DNA of 64,000 nucleotides from Escherichia coli (GCF_041248615.1 NZ_CP158425.1), one strand, 5' to 3'; counted from the stretch's first letter, positions 39,482 through 50,307 are shown. Notes: a model not told the origin generated them from the letters alone. A program made the numbers and translations.

Positions 39482-39494
39482 AAAAGTAACTTTT
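39482..39494. repeat. AAAAGT-N-ACTTTT motif instance (AAAAGTAACTTTT)
   Basis: Perfect; oriT-candidate intergenic region. Confidence 0.6.
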
Positions 39495-39733
39495 AGTATT
39501 TTCTTAAGGCTTGAATAAGCCTTAAATCTATCCCTTCAACCACACCGCTTACTTGTAACACTTTTTAACCAAACTGACCAGAATTTTATCAAAATTTCTT
39601 CGCATGCTAACGAAATGTGAAGCGATTAAAAAAAAACCTAAATCCAGCCCCTCCCAACGTTGGATTAGAATAACGACGTCTTTCACTGACCGTCATAAAC
39701 TGACATTTTTACTTTTCATCAACCTCATGCTTA

Positions 39734-39898
39734 CATAGGATCACTAAACAAAGAAAAGTGACCCTATGAATGCCTCACATAGGGTCACTTATGTTTGAAA
39801 AGTGACCCTATGTAATGTCGTCATAGGGTCACTTTTTATAAAAGTGTCACTATGGACAAAGTTCCATAGGGTCATTTTTTTTGGAAAAGTGGCACTAG
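39734..39898. repeat. array of about 43-bp-periodic imperfect palindromes (AAAAGTGACCCTATG-N9-CATAGGGTCACTTTT); candidate oriT/operator region
   Basis: Three full palindromes at 39754-39790, 39797-39837, 39841-39880 plus half-sites at 39734-39745 and 39883-39898, in the 760-bp divergent intergenic region before the relaxase operon. Confidence 0.5.
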
Positions 39899-39966
39899 AT
39901 ATATGTATAACTTTAATAGAGCAATGCACATTATCAAAAGCAATAATCCACAATGGTCATTCCCTC

Positions 39967-39979
39967 AAAAGTAACTTTA
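39967..39979. repeat. AAAAGT-N-ACTTTT motif instance (AAAAGTAACTTTA)
   Basis: 12/13; oriT-candidate intergenic region, other side of the palindrome array. Confidence 0.55.
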
Positions 39980-40164
39980 GAGGGTAGCGATGGAAGTGAG
40001 GCTAAACTCGCTGTTACTGTTTCTGAAGGCCCCTCCCGAATGGGGGAAACAGCGAGTGCATTACATCTGTTCAATTCCCTCATCAAAGAGCATTCAAAAA
40101 TCTTCTGTTCGTGAAAAAAAACGGAAATTTCCTCCGGTATAGTAATTTCACATCAGGAGGCGTC

Positions 40165-40650
40165 ATGAGTAATTCGAATCTTATAAGTTCTATAGAGCTA
40201 ACACGTAAAAATTTACGTGCTCAGATTGAAGGTTTGCGTGTTGAGGCTGAAGATCTCATTACAAAATACTGGATCAAGTGGAAGGAACGAAACCACCAAG
40301 AGATTAACCTTACCCGACATAGCAAAGTTCCAAAGAGGGAGTATCTGGGTTCTTACGCACCAAAAGTTGAGCTAATTGGTAATGCCAGAAAAGTAACGAT
40401 CACTTGGCATCAGTTCAGCCCTTATAAAACAAGAGCGCCTAGTCACATGTCAAAACGGGTGCAACCAATGAAAAGTGGAAAATATTCTAAGAACTGTTTT
40501 GTAAACCATGCCAGCTGGGAATACGAAATGATTTCTGAAACGGAAGCATTGCTGGAGCCTTACAGAGAAATGCTTGAGCTCTATCATTCAGCATATATCG
40601 AACTTGGACGAAAAATCCGTCAATACTCAAAAACTAAGGTGGCACAATGA
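40165..40650 (+). CDS. hypothetical protein, first gene of relaxase operon (possible relaxosome accessory)
   Basis: ATG at 40165 with AGGAGG 6 nt upstream; ORF-track start 40111 less likely. Confidence 0.5.
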   Translation: MSNSNLISSIELTRKNLRAQIEGLRVEAEDLITKYWIKWKERNHQEINLTRHSKVPKREYLGSYAPKVELIGNARKVTITWHQFSPYKTRAPSHMSKRVQPMKSGKYSKNCFVNHASWEYEMISETEALLEPYREMLELYHSAYIELGRKIRQYSKTKVAQ

Positions 40651-41384
40651 CCGACGCAATTATCACGGACAATGAGCGTATTAACATTGAACCAAAAGAT
40701 GTAATGGTAAAAGGTTCAAATAAAAAGCAAGGCGTAAACGCTCAAACTTCTACTCAACGTAGACCAGAGCACCAGGGTATGGCCAAAGTTATTATTAACC
40801 CCGGCACCCCAGATTTTAACCGGTTTTTAACTGCCAGAAATGGAGCAGTCATCAGAGGTTTTGATGATGTGAGTATCGCTATTTCCTCTCTCTTTAAAAC
40901 GGTTGATGCAGTTAAACATCCTGACCTTGTTCAGGCTATTCAGGATTGGTTCAACGAGCTGCATGAAGAAAACAATAAGATGAAAGAAAATCTTGTTGCT
41001 TATATTAAGTCAATTGAGTTCGACAAGAATGACTCATTCATGTCATCAACTCAGTTTGTACCTTTCAGTTTTGAACCAGTACAACTCAACTTCAATAACC
41101 ACAACACCATGAGGTTTTACAAGTACATCTTCGAGATGAACCAGCTCATGAACACAATGTATGAGTACAACTCATTGGGTTTACTGGCTGTAAGCGACTA
41201 TCCGGTTATGTCTCACAACATTATAAAGAGTATTAATTTATATGTTGAGAATGTGAAAAAGACTCTGAATGTTTCTCGCCGTAAGGATGGGCCATACAGT
41301 CCAGCAGAGTTCATCACCAAAGTAATGCAATATAAAAGTGTGCAGGCATACATTGCAGCCGAACTGTCAGGCAAACGTCGATAA
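40647..41384 (+). CDS. hypothetical protein (245 aa)
   Basis: Overlaps upstream stop by 4 nt (operon coupling). Confidence 0.5.
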   Translation: MTDAIITDNERINIEPKDVMVKGSNKKQGVNAQTSTQRRPEHQGMAKVIINPGTPDFNRFLTARNGAVIRGFDDVSIAISSLFKTVDAVKHPDLVQAIQDWFNELHEENNKMKENLVAYIKSIEFDKNDSFMSSTQFVPFSFEPVQLNFNNHNTMRFYKYIFEMNQLMNTMYEYNSLGLLAVSDYPVMSHNIIKSINLYVENVKKTLNVSRRKDGPYSPAEFITKVMQYKSVQAYIAAELSGKRR

Positions 41385-41387
41385 GGT

Positions 41388-44300
41388 ATGATGATGAATT
41401 TCAGGGCGCTGTATTTATGTATTAAACGGATTTTGGGGATATTCTCATCTCAGGAGAATGATGCAACCTCTGTAATGATTGAGGATATATCAAGCCTCTC
41501 TCCTTTTGCGCAGATTCTAGGAGATCAGAAGTACACTGTTCCTGATCATCCAAATCCAGAAGTCCTGAAATTCATCGAGTATCCAACTCGTCCGACGGGC
41601 ATACAGACATTTAATGAACAGTCAATCCTGTCTCTGTATCGGGAAAAGCTGCACTCAATTTCAATGATGTTAGCTATCAGCGATAGCGACATCAGGGACG
41701 ATGCATATACATTTACTAATTTAGTATTAAAGCCCTTGGTTGAATATGTTCGCTGGATACATCTTTTGCCAGCTTCCGAAAATCATCATCATAATGGTAT
41801 TGGTGGGTTACTTTCTCACAGCCTGGAAGTGGCCATACTCTCTTTAAAAAATGCGCATCACTCAGAACTGAGACCAATCGGATATCAAGATGAAGAAGTA
41901 GTCCGTAGAAAAGTATATCTCTATGCTGCGTTTATCTGTGGTTTAGTCCATGATGCCGGAAAGGTTTACGATCTCGATATTGTAAGCCTGAATTTAGCTA
42001 GTCCGATCATTTGGACGCCAAGCTCACAAAGTCTTCTTGACTGGGCACGTGAAAATGACGTGGTTGAATACGAAATCCACTGGCGAAAGCGTATTCATAA
42101 TCAACATAATATCTGGTCCAGCGTTTTCCTTGAGCGAATCCTAAACCCGGTATGTCTTGCATTTTTGGATCGGGTAAATAAAGAACGTGTTTATTCAAAA
42201 ATGATCACCGCCCTAAACGTTTATACTGATGGGAATGACTTTTTGTCTAAATGCGTGAGGACCGCTGATTTCTATTCTACTGGTACAGACCTTAATGTTT
42301 TACGTGACCCTATCATGGGTCTGCGTTCTAATGATGCAGCAGCAAGGGCCATTAGTACCATCAAGCACAACTTTACCAGTATCAATATCAACAATTACAA
42401 TGCTAAGCCTATGCACATCATTATCGTAAATGGTGAGGTATACCTTAACGAGAACGCATTCCTTGATTTTGTTCTCAATGATTTCGAATTACATAAATAT
42501 AACTTCCCTCAGGGAGAGGCTGGTAAGACGGTATTGGTAGAATCCCTAGTTCAACGTGGTTACGTCGAGCCCTATGATGATGAGCGTGTCGTTCACTACT
42601 TCATTCCGGGTATCTATTCGGAAAACGAAATATCAAACATCTTTAGAAATGGGATAGGGAAACTAGAATTCTATAACCTTCTTAAGCTAAGGTGGATTGG
42701 TTTAATCTTTGATTCCTATAAAATCCCTGACTCAGTGCCGGGTCTTTTTAGCGTTAATGCCAATAAAGACTTTATTTACATTGACGAGCAAAAAACAGTT
42801 ACTGAATACAGAAGACCAGTGCCCGGTCGGGACGCTATAACTAAAATTACTGATACTGTTGAGACGGCTGTTCTTAAGGTTAATGATTTAGGCCGCTCCA
42901 CTGCCTCTATTGATGTTGATATACATTCTAAGAAAAATGAAGGCTCATCCGACGATTTTGAGAAGAAAGCCGAAAGTGATAATGAAATTGATAATGACAC
43001 GCAGATAGTTAAATCTGAGGGTGAGGAAGCAGCTGATCCTGTCATTCCTGATATAGAAGAAAGTGAAGATGAATCGGCAAAGGACACGGAATCCCATGTC
43101 CTGGTCAACCAACTTCATGAACTCCTTTTAAGCGCTCCACTTTCCAATGACTATATAGTGTGTGTAGATGCTGTCCCCTACCTCAACATAGATGCCACTA
43201 TGGCATTGCTGCCGGGATTAGATGAAAAAGCATTTAGTGAAGAGCCCTATTTCCAACTGACATTCAGAGAAGGCTCTCTCGATGGAATGTGGATAGTAAG
43301 GGACATTGACGATCTGCGTTTAGTCCAGCTCGGCGATAACTGCGCCGGGTTCCAGCTCACCTATCATGAGCCAAGAAGGCCAACAACTTTAAAGTCACTT
43401 TTCAATACTTCTATGTATCAGGCATTAGTGATTAATGATGAGTCTTCTGTTGAAAACTCTGCCCCACGTCCAAAGCAAACGCTTGAGCTGCCTCCCCCAC
43501 GTGTAAATGCACTCGAAGAACATTCTGGCGACGTGGAATATCATGGAACCGATAGTGCATCCGCGACTGGTCCGCTGAAAACTGAGGCTGTGGAATATGA
43601 ACATTATCAACATCTTTTTGAGGAAGAAGATGAAGAGCATGAGATCATTGATTATACCGATTTCACACAGCTTAGTGTTTCTCGGCCAGAAGTCGGTAGT
43701 TGTGCAACAAGCTCTTCGGTCCATAATGAAAAGCTTCTCCCCGAGCCGTCAGAATTACCAGAACTTAACCGAGAACAGAACGCTGATCCCCAGGGTACGA
43801 TTGAACGCTCTATGGATGTTTCTGTAGGACAAGAAAACTCAGAACCAGATACTGAGGGTAACTGCCCACCACCAGCTGAAGTTGTGTATTCCCAGACCGA
43901 AGCAGCCGCAACCAGTGTGATGGCAAGTGAAGAGCCCGCCTTACCTCCTGTACTTGAAGAATCAAATGGAGAGCATGCGCCCACAGACGCTAAGGGGCAT
44001 CATCTTTCGCCAGCACTGGCCAGACTGTTCGCCCCAACAGCACCGGTAGAAAAACAAAATCCCAAGCGCAACCGGAATAAATCATCGGACAAAGCAGAAG
44101 TACAAAAACCAGCATCACCTGTTTCTGGTCACAATCTGAACAGTAAAGTCTTTGCAACTACTGAATCAGACCAAAATGGTGAATTCTCGCTTATAAGCGA
44201 AGGTGACGTTACAGAGCTTGAATTTGTAGAAATTGCGTCAGTACTGCATCAAATTCTGTCCAAAATGGAGGTGGCGTTTAAAAGAAAGCGCAAAAACAGA

Positions 44301-44540
44301 TTTATGGTAAGTACTCCTAATACTCTCTATCTGACCCAATCTTGCGTGGAAAAATTTGGGTCGCAGTTAGAGGCTCAAGATCTTTTCAATAAGCTTCCTC
44401 AGTACCTCGTTAATTCTGGTGCTGTGATCAATACAAAATGCCATGCATTTAACATGCCTACTTTGCTGGCCGCATCAGACCGGGCGAAAGTGGACATTGA
44501 ACGAATTATCAATAACCTGAAAGAGGCTGGGAACCTATAA
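41388..44540 (+). CDS. traI: MOB-H-family relaxase TraI-like (HD-hydrolase motif)
   Basis: 1050 aa; HHHNG and LVHDAGK motifs consistent with MOB-H relaxases; precedes coupling protein; acidic low-complexity C-terminal half. Confidence 0.65.
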   Translation: MMMNFRALYLCIKRILGIFSSQENDATSVMIEDISSLSPFAQILGDQKYTVPDHPNPEVLKFIEYPTRPTGIQTFNEQSILSLYREKLHSISMMLAISDSDIRDDAYTFTNLVLKPLVEYVRWIHLLPASENHHHNGIGGLLSHSLEVAILSLKNAHHSELRPIGYQDEEVVRRKVYLYAAFICGLVHDAGKVYDLDIVSLNLASPIIWTPSSQSLLDWARENDVVEYEIHWRKRIHNQHNIWSSVFLERILNPVCLAFLDRVNKERVYSKMITALNVYTDGNDFLSKCVRTADFYSTGTDLNVLRDPIMGLRSNDAAARAISTIKHNFTSININNYNAKPMHIIIVNGEVYLNENAFLDFVLNDFELHKYNFPQGEAGKTVLVESLVQRGYVEPYDDERVVHYFIPGIYSENEISNIFRNGIGKLEFYNLLKLRWIGLIFDSYKIPDSVPGLFSVNANKDFIYIDEQKTVTEYRRPVPGRDAITKITDTVETAVLKVNDLGRSTASIDVDIHSKKNEGSSDDFEKKAESDNEIDNDTQIVKSEGEEAADPVIPDIEESEDESAKDTESHVLVNQLHELLLSAPLSNDYIVCVDAVPYLNIDATMALLPGLDEKAFSEEPYFQLTFREGSLDGMWIVRDIDDLRLVQLGDNCAGFQLTYHEPRRPTTLKSLFNTSMYQALVINDESSVENSAPRPKQTLELPPPRVNALEEHSGDVEYHGTDSASATGPLKTEAVEYEHYQHLFEEEDEEHEIIDYTDFTQLSVSRPEVGSCATSSSVHNEKLLPEPSELPELNREQNADPQGTIERSMDVSVGQENSEPDTEGNCPPPAEVVYSQTEAAATSVMASEEPALPPVLEESNGEHAPTDAKGHHLSPALARLFAPTAPVEKQNPKRNRNKSSDKAEVQKPASPVSGHNLNSKVFATTESDQNGEFSLISEGDVTELEFVEIASVLHQILSKMEVAFKRKRKNRFMVSTPNTLYLTQSCVEKFGSQLEAQDLFNKLPQYLVNSGAVINTKCHAFNMPTLLAASDRAKVDIERIINNLKEAGNL

Positions 44541-46624
44541 TGTCAGATTCGAAGAGGACTAACCTCCATGCACAAGAGAATTTTTATCGGCCTATTCTTG
44601 AGTATCGTAGTGCCTCAATACTTTTGATTTGTTCGGTTTCTATGCTTTATATGGGACTTTCTTCAGACGGACTGGACATCGCCCCAATAGTTCTGTTCAC
44701 CTCAATATTGCTTTTTTTGCTGTGCCTTTATCGTTGCAAAACAGCAGCGCCATTCTTGATGGCTCATTGGCGTGTATTCAAGCGACATTTCATGTTCGTT
44801 AGTCTTGATTCACTGCGTGTAATTAACAAAAGTAACTTTTTCTCCAATGAGCGAAAGTATCGTCAACTGGTTCAGGATTATCAAAATAAAAATAAGGATA
44901 TACCCGAGCGAAAGTCCTATTTTTGTGATGGGTTTGAGTGGGGCCCGGAACATGCGGATCGGGCATATCAAATAGCTAACCTCTCCAGTGATAAACGTGA
45001 GATCGAGTTGCCATTCGTCTTCAACCCAATTAAGAGACATTTTGACGCAATGGCTCGTAAGATGGGCGGCAGCAATGCAATTTTTGCTGTGGAACGTAGG
45101 GAACCCATATTTGTAACTGAAGACAATTGGTTTGGTCATACTCTGATAACCGGAAACGTGGGTACCGGGAAAACGGTGCTACAGCGTTTACTAAGCATTA
45201 GCATGCTTCATCTTGGTCATGTTGTTGTTGTCATAGATCCAAAGAACGATGCAGAGTGGCGAGAATCTCTAATGGAAGAGGCTAAGACCCTCGGTCTTCC
45301 TTTCTATAAATTTCATCCTGGCCAGCCAGCATCTTCGGTCTGTATTGATGTCTGCAACACCTATACTAATGTTTCTGACCTAACATCTCGTCTTTTGAGC
45401 TTGGTGACAGTTCCCGGTGAGGTTAACCCATTCGTTCAGTATGCCAAGGCTCTCGTTTCCAATGTGATTTCCGGGCTTTCTTACATAGAGAAAAAGCCTT
45501 CTATTTATCTGATTCACAAGAACATGAAAAGCCACATGTCTATTGTGAATCTTACAGTCAAGGTAATGGAGTCATGTTACGCGAGATATTATGGTTACGA
45601 TGTCTGGACCGAAAAAGTTAAGTACGTCGCTAACGAAACCTTGCCGGTACGTTTCAAGCGTCTCGCTGAATGGTTTACGGCTCATTTCATGAATTACGAG
45701 GGGTCCGAACAAATAGACTGGTTAGATACTGTTTCCCAGCTTATTGATTACTCAATGTCCGACCCAGAGCATATGGCTAAAATGACCGCAGGTATTATGC
45801 CTGTTTTCGATATGCTCATTGAAAAACCTTTAAATGAGCTTTTATCTCCTAACCCGAACTCAGTATCATCAAGAGAAATTGTAACAAGCGAAGGGATGTT
45901 CAGCACTGGCGGGGTGCTATACATTTCGCTTGATGGCCTTTCAAACCCCGATACAGCAGCTGCTATTTCTCAATTAATAATGTCAGATCTGACCTCCTGT
46001 GCCGGTAGTCGCTACAACGCTCAGGATGGTGATATGTCAGCTAATTCCAGGATAAGTATTTTTGTTGATGAGGCACACTCAGCCATTAACAACCCTATGA
46101 TTAACCTTCTGGCGCAGGGTCGTGCAGCGAAAATTGCACTGTTTATTTGCACCCAAACCATCTCCGACTTTATTGCTGCGGCAAGTGTTGAAACTGCCAA
46201 TCGAATTACGGGGCTCTGCAACAATTATATAAGCTTGCGAGTCAACGATACTCCTACTCAGACGCTTGTTGTAGAGAACTTTGGTAAGAGTGCGATAAGC
46301 ACAAATATGGTCACTTATACGACCGGTTCAGAAACATCTTTGCCGCATAATAACTTCTCAGGTTCAATCTCAGAAAGAAAGCAGACAACTTTAGAAGAGA
46401 GTATTCCAAAGGATCTCTTGGGTCAGGTCCCTATGTTTCACATAGTTGCCAGGCTTCAAGATGGCAGGAAGGTTGTAGGCCAAATCCCTATTGCTGTTGC
46501 TGAGAAACAAATGAAGCCAAACACAACTCTGTCGGAAATGCTTTTCAAGAAGGCCGGAAAAGTTACTTTGCGTCAAAATCTCGATATCAAAAATCTTAAT
46601 AAATTTCTAAGGAAGTTGCATTGA
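44540..46624 (+). CDS. type IV coupling protein (TraG/TraD/VirD4 family)
   Basis: 694 aa; N-terminal TM segments; Walker A GNVGTGKT; start overlaps traI stop. Confidence 0.85.
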   Translation: MSDSKRTNLHAQENFYRPILEYRSASILLICSVSMLYMGLSSDGLDIAPIVLFTSILLFLLCLYRCKTAAPFLMAHWRVFKRHFMFVSLDSLRVINKSNFFSNERKYRQLVQDYQNKNKDIPERKSYFCDGFEWGPEHADRAYQIANLSSDKREIELPFVFNPIKRHFDAMARKMGGSNAIFAVERREPIFVTEDNWFGHTLITGNVGTGKTVLQRLLSISMLHLGHVVVVIDPKNDAEWRESLMEEAKTLGLPFYKFHPGQPASSVCIDVCNTYTNVSDLTSRLLSLVTVPGEVNPFVQYAKALVSNVISGLSYIEKKPSIYLIHKNMKSHMSIVNLTVKVMESCYARYYGYDVWTEKVKYVANETLPVRFKRLAEWFTAHFMNYEGSEQIDWLDTVSQLIDYSMSDPEHMAKMTAGIMPVFDMLIEKPLNELLSPNPNSVSSREIVTSEGMFSTGGVLYISLDGLSNPDTAAAISQLIMSDLTSCAGSRYNAQDGDMSANSRISIFVDEAHSAINNPMINLLAQGRAAKIALFICTQTISDFIAAASVETANRITGLCNNYISLRVNDTPTQTLVVENFGKSAISTNMVTYTTGSETSLPHNNFSGSISERKQTTLEESIPKDLLGQVPMFHIVARLQDGRKVVGQIPIAVAEKQMKPNTTLSEMLFKKAGKVTLRQNLDIKNLNKFLRKLH
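44828..44840. repeat. AAAAGT-N-ACTTTT motif instance (AAAAGTAACTTTT)
   Basis: Perfect; inside coupling-protein gene about 290 bp from its start. Confidence 0.5.
46558..46570. repeat. AAAAGT-N-ACTTTT motif instance (AAAAGTTACTTTG)
   Basis: 12/13; near 3' end of coupling-protein gene. Confidence 0.45.
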
Positions 46625-47733
46625 TGGATGAAAAAATTGTCCTGACGCGCCAGCAAATTTTAAGCTCTGCACTAAAAGTCAGCAAATGTCGCTCGCTCGT
46701 AAAAAGGCGCTTTCAGTCTTTGGGTTTAAAGTACGCAGATTCTCAGGAAGTTCGAGATCGGCTAACTAAGATAGAAAAAAACGCGTTTCATCATTTGGGA
46801 AAATTTTGTCAGAGCAACGATATCGATTCCCTATTCTCCATGGCAAATACCCTGTCTGAGCTTTTCCTTTTAAAGGGAGAGTTGATCACGACTGATCCCT
46901 TTGGGGACCGTGAAACCAGCTACTGGTCGGTACCACAAGGTTCATGCCATGAATGGATTCAATCGCTGACCACCAGCGAAGGTCCTGAACGTAAATTCGT
47001 TAGTTTCCGTATTTCTTTCGATAACAATGACGAACGGTGTGATCTTGTAAAGAAGAATGCCCGTATGCTTGGTTGTTATCTTTTGCCTTATTTCGTCGAT
47101 TTGACACGCACGGTGGGCGCATTCATTAATTTGCCAGGTAGTGTCTCTTTTAAACAAGTACAGCGCATCAAACCCCAGATTCATCCAGAAACAACACATA
47201 GTCATATAGTTACTATTGAGGACTCTCCCTTTCTTTCTCGGTTAAAATTTAAAATCATTACTGCCATAGATCGGCTTCCTGACCCTAATGGCCTTTATAC
47301 AAACACCTTTAACAGCATTATTGACCGTGCACTGCTGACTCATCTCAAAACCGAACAGGAAAAAATAGATAGTCCAAGAGTCTGCAAAAATGTGATTTCG
47401 GCTTTTGCCGACTCAACTCTTTCTCTGCCGGTGTTTAACATCGGCCTAAACGAGCAGTACAGATACTGGACGCCGTGGGGCATCAACTTTATAGAATTTT
47501 CCCGCCAGGCCGCAAAAGCAAGGACCGCTGTATTTGTTCCTGATGTGGGACAGATCGAGTGGAAAAGCGCAGAGCATAAAGAACTGGCGGAGTTAAGCCT
47601 CATCGACCAAATCATACCTAAACAGTACCACTGGCTCCTGGGTATCCCGACGATGTGGCGTAACAACTATTGCAATCACGATCAGAGGCTAGCTCTTTTT
47701 CGTGAATGGAGGGAAAGCAATGGCTGCGGATAA
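46621..47733 (+). CDS. hypothetical transfer-associated protein (370 aa)
   Basis: Overlaps coupling-protein stop; no motif recognised. Confidence 0.45.
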   Translation: MMDEKIVLTRQQILSSALKVSKCRSLVKRRFQSLGLKYADSQEVRDRLTKIEKNAFHHLGKFCQSNDIDSLFSMANTLSELFLLKGELITTDPFGDRETSYWSVPQGSCHEWIQSLTTSEGPERKFVSFRISFDNNDERCDLVKKNARMLGCYLLPYFVDLTRTVGAFINLPGSVSFKQVQRIKPQIHPETTHSHIVTIEDSPFLSRLKFKIITAIDRLPDPNGLYTNTFNSIIDRALLTHLKTEQEKIDSPRVCKNVISAFADSTLSLPVFNIGLNEQYRYWTPWGINFIEFSRQAAKARTAVFVPDVGQIEWKSAEHKELAELSLIDQIIPKQYHWLLGIPTMWRNNYCNHDQRLALFREWRESNGCG

Positions 47734-48382
47734 TACAAGCAGAGCAGCAGTGCTCAGAACAATGCTTTTTTTTGGCATGGTCATTTATTTTGGTTACAGC
47801 CTGGCTTTCCAGAATACTGAGGAGCTCAAATATCAGATTACTCAGGAGGTTAATGCAAGCCGGTCCATCATATCAAATGACCGTTGGAAGTCTGTTATTG
47901 CAAATAGTGAAGCGACTTTAAATTGGTTGGTACATGACTATAAGTTAATTGACTATCTGAATACTATTCTGATCCCTGACACCAAAAAACCAGCCAGAGG
48001 TATTAACATTGTTGCTGAAAAATTTACCTCTATTAATTACACTATGGCCAAAAACATACCCCTCTTACTTTATCAGTCCATTTTCCGGTGGAACTTAATC
48101 CTGGGGTGGCTAATCGTTTTTCTGCCCTATCTATTTGCCATGCTAGCAGATGGAATGTACCAGTGGAAATTGAAGAGGTACGTATTTGGTAAGGTTACAG
48201 TTCAGTTTTATCGTATTTGGTTTCGAGCATTTTGGGTGATCAGTGCTTTAACGATGGTCTACCTGGTCATGCCGAATATGTCACTATTTAACAATATCGC
48301 TCAACTTTTCCCACCAGTCGCTTTATTGATACTGGGAATTGCATTGAATCGCTTGTGGTCTAACTTTCAAAAACTCATGTAA
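47720..48382 (+). CDS. integral membrane protein (TraJ-like candidate)
   Basis: ATG at 47720 with GGAGGG upstream; several hydrophobic helices. Confidence 0.5.
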   Translation: MAADNTSRAAVLRTMLFFGMVIYFGYSLAFQNTEELKYQITQEVNASRSIISNDRWKSVIANSEATLNWLVHDYKLIDYLNTILIPDTKKPARGINIVAEKFTSINYTMAKNIPLLLYQSIFRWNLILGWLIVFLPYLFAMLADGMYQWKLKRYVFGKVTVQFYRIWFRAFWVISALTMVYLVMPNMSLFNNIAQLFPPVALLILGIALNRLWSNFQKLM

Positions 48383-48392
48383 AGGTGGTCAG

Positions 48393-49574
48393 ATGTTAAG
48401 CAGTAAAAAAAGGAAGTCCCCTACAAATATCAAAGAATCGCTCAATGATAACGCTGACCGTTTTTATAAGATGTTTCGCATTCATACCACGGCAAAAGTT
48501 GCTATGTCGCTAATTGCCATGACCGCTGTAGGGTTTTCTTTCTACAATCTTTACGAACAATGGCAGGACGCTGAAGGGAAGAAAGACCATATAGCTGTAA
48601 TACGGATTTCTGGCGAGATGGGTACCGGCTCGGAAACGGGCGATGGAACAGTGATCGCAACAGCTCTTGCCAAAGCTTACAATAATCCCCATGCCAAAGC
48701 AGTTATTATCGAGGCAGAGTCAGGTGGTGGTGGTCCCTCTGACGCCATCATTATTTACCGCCAGATAAACGCGCTTAAAAACCACCAGCCACAGATTGAA
48801 CGCGTATCAGATGCCGGTTGCTCTCTTTCATCTGTAGCCGCTGACAAGAGTAACAAAACCGGGAGCACAGAACGTGGCGATGAAGCACGGTCGAAGCAAA
48901 ACTCCCTCGAAGTACTCTCCAGCGGTACCGGTCGTTTTTTCTCTGATATCGCAGACTCATATAAACCAATCATCGTTAGTGTGAAAGGCATATGCGCATC
49001 CGCATGCTATTACGCGGTATCGCCCGCTGATGCAATTTATGCCGACAGTAATGCCCTGATCGGTTCTATCGGTGTGCGTATGGACCACTGGAATCTGTCA
49101 GAGATCATGAGCACAGTAGGCGTCAAGAATGAGCCCCTTACGGCCGGTGAGTTCAAAGATGCTCTTGACCCCTTCCACCCATTGTCCGATTCAACGAGGG
49201 AGTTCATGCAGAAGGAGATCCTGAACACGATGCATGAAAAATTTATAACTGATGTTGAACTTGGACGGGGTAAAAAGCTTCTCTCGCGTCATGATGCCGA
49301 TGCTGTTTCTCTCTATTCAGGCCGTGTATGGCCAACACCTCAGGCAGTTAAGTACGGCCTGGTGGATGGAGATCTTACGTCAGTAGAGATCCGTACACGT
49401 CTTTCAAAAATGTACTCCACTGACACGTTCAAAAACTACAATGAGCCTCATCGTAATCTCCGTTCTGCACTCGGCATGCTGATGAGCCTGTCTTCAAATA
49501 TTGAGAGCCTTACCGGTACCACTACCCGCTTGGTAGAATCTGTTAATGCCACCAGCTACCCCTCTGTGAGGTAA
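48393..49574 (+). CDS. S49-family peptidase (SppA-like)
   Basis: IAVIRISGEM... and CASACYYAVSPADAIYADSNALIGSIGV resemble the SppA/ClpP-fold signature. Confidence 0.6.
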   Translation: MLSSKKRKSPTNIKESLNDNADRFYKMFRIHTTAKVAMSLIAMTAVGFSFYNLYEQWQDAEGKKDHIAVIRISGEMGTGSETGDGTVIATALAKAYNNPHAKAVIIEAESGGGGPSDAIIIYRQINALKNHQPQIERVSDAGCSLSSVAADKSNKTGSTERGDEARSKQNSLEVLSSGTGRFFSDIADSYKPIIVSVKGICASACYYAVSPADAIYADSNALIGSIGVRMDHWNLSEIMSTVGVKNEPLTAGEFKDALDPFHPLSDSTREFMQKEILNTMHEKFITDVELGRGKKLLSRHDADAVSLYSGRVWPTPQAVKYGLVDGDLTSVEIRTRLSKMYSTDTFKNYNEPHRNLRSALGMLMSLSSNIESLTGTTTRLVESVNATSYPSVR

Positions 49575-49575
49575 C

Positions 49576-50307
49576 ATGGATGCTTTCAATCTGCTGTGGA
49601 GCATTACGGGGGTAGCTTTCATTATCCTTATTTTCGTCGTGTTGCTGTGTCTGTTGGGTTTTATGACCTCTGCCATAGCGGAACGGCGGACTGCAAAGGC
49701 AATTGAATCTGGGCTTCCTGAAGAAGCTCAGGGGCTACTTAGTGATCTCACCTTTCAGTTGTCGGCTCATAGCACTACTCAGGTTGATCACATTCTCGTA
49801 GCCCCACATGGTATATACGTCATAGAGCAGAAAAACTACGTAGGCAAGCTCTACGGTACTCTGGAGGAAAGCCACTGGCGGAAATGGACTCAGTCCCGAA
49901 CCCTCAAGTTGCAGAACCCGTTTAAGCAAAACCAGGGGCACATCAGGGCTATTCAGTCTGCTCTTAAGGCTAGAGAACTGGAATGTATCAATGTCGTCAT
50001 CATAAACGGACGTTGTAAGTTTGATGGCATCAAGCCGGAATGGTTATGTATGGGGATGGACGATTTTATCCATAAAGTCAAACAACGACGAGGGCTACGG
50101 TTGTTCACACCGGAGTCTGTTCAGCACATCTGTTCGGTGTTGAAGTCAACAAGGAAGTCGCCAGGGCTCTATACGGACCTTACTCATATTCACAACATAA
50201 CGACAAAGTACAAAGCCCCGATGAAATTCGAGCAACGAGTAACATACATTCTGCTCAACTTTATCCATTATCTGTGGGCAAGTCTGTTCACTAAGCAGAA
50301 GCCTTAG
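49576..50307 (+). CDS. NERD-domain protein with N-terminal membrane anchor
   Basis: DHILVAPHGIYVIEQKNYVGKLYG matches the NERD core; ATG one nucleotide after the peptidase stop. Confidence 0.65.
   Translation: MDAFNLLWSITGVAFIILIFVVLLCLLGFMTSAIAERRTAKAIESGLPEEAQGLLSDLTFQLSAHSTTQVDHILVAPHGIYVIEQKNYVGKLYGTLEESHWRKWTQSRTLKLQNPFKQNQGHIRAIQSALKARELECINVVIINGRCKFDGIKPEWLCMGMDDFIHKVKQRRGLRLFTPESVQHICSVLKSTRKSPGLYTDLTHIHNITTKYKAPMKFEQRVTYILLNFIHYLWASLFTKQKP

Noticed and set aside
39734-39898. Possible CRISPR array
   Set aside because: The repeats are internally palindromic pairs with 9-bp spacers and 43-bp period, with no cas genes; they look like protein-binding sites, not CRISPR.
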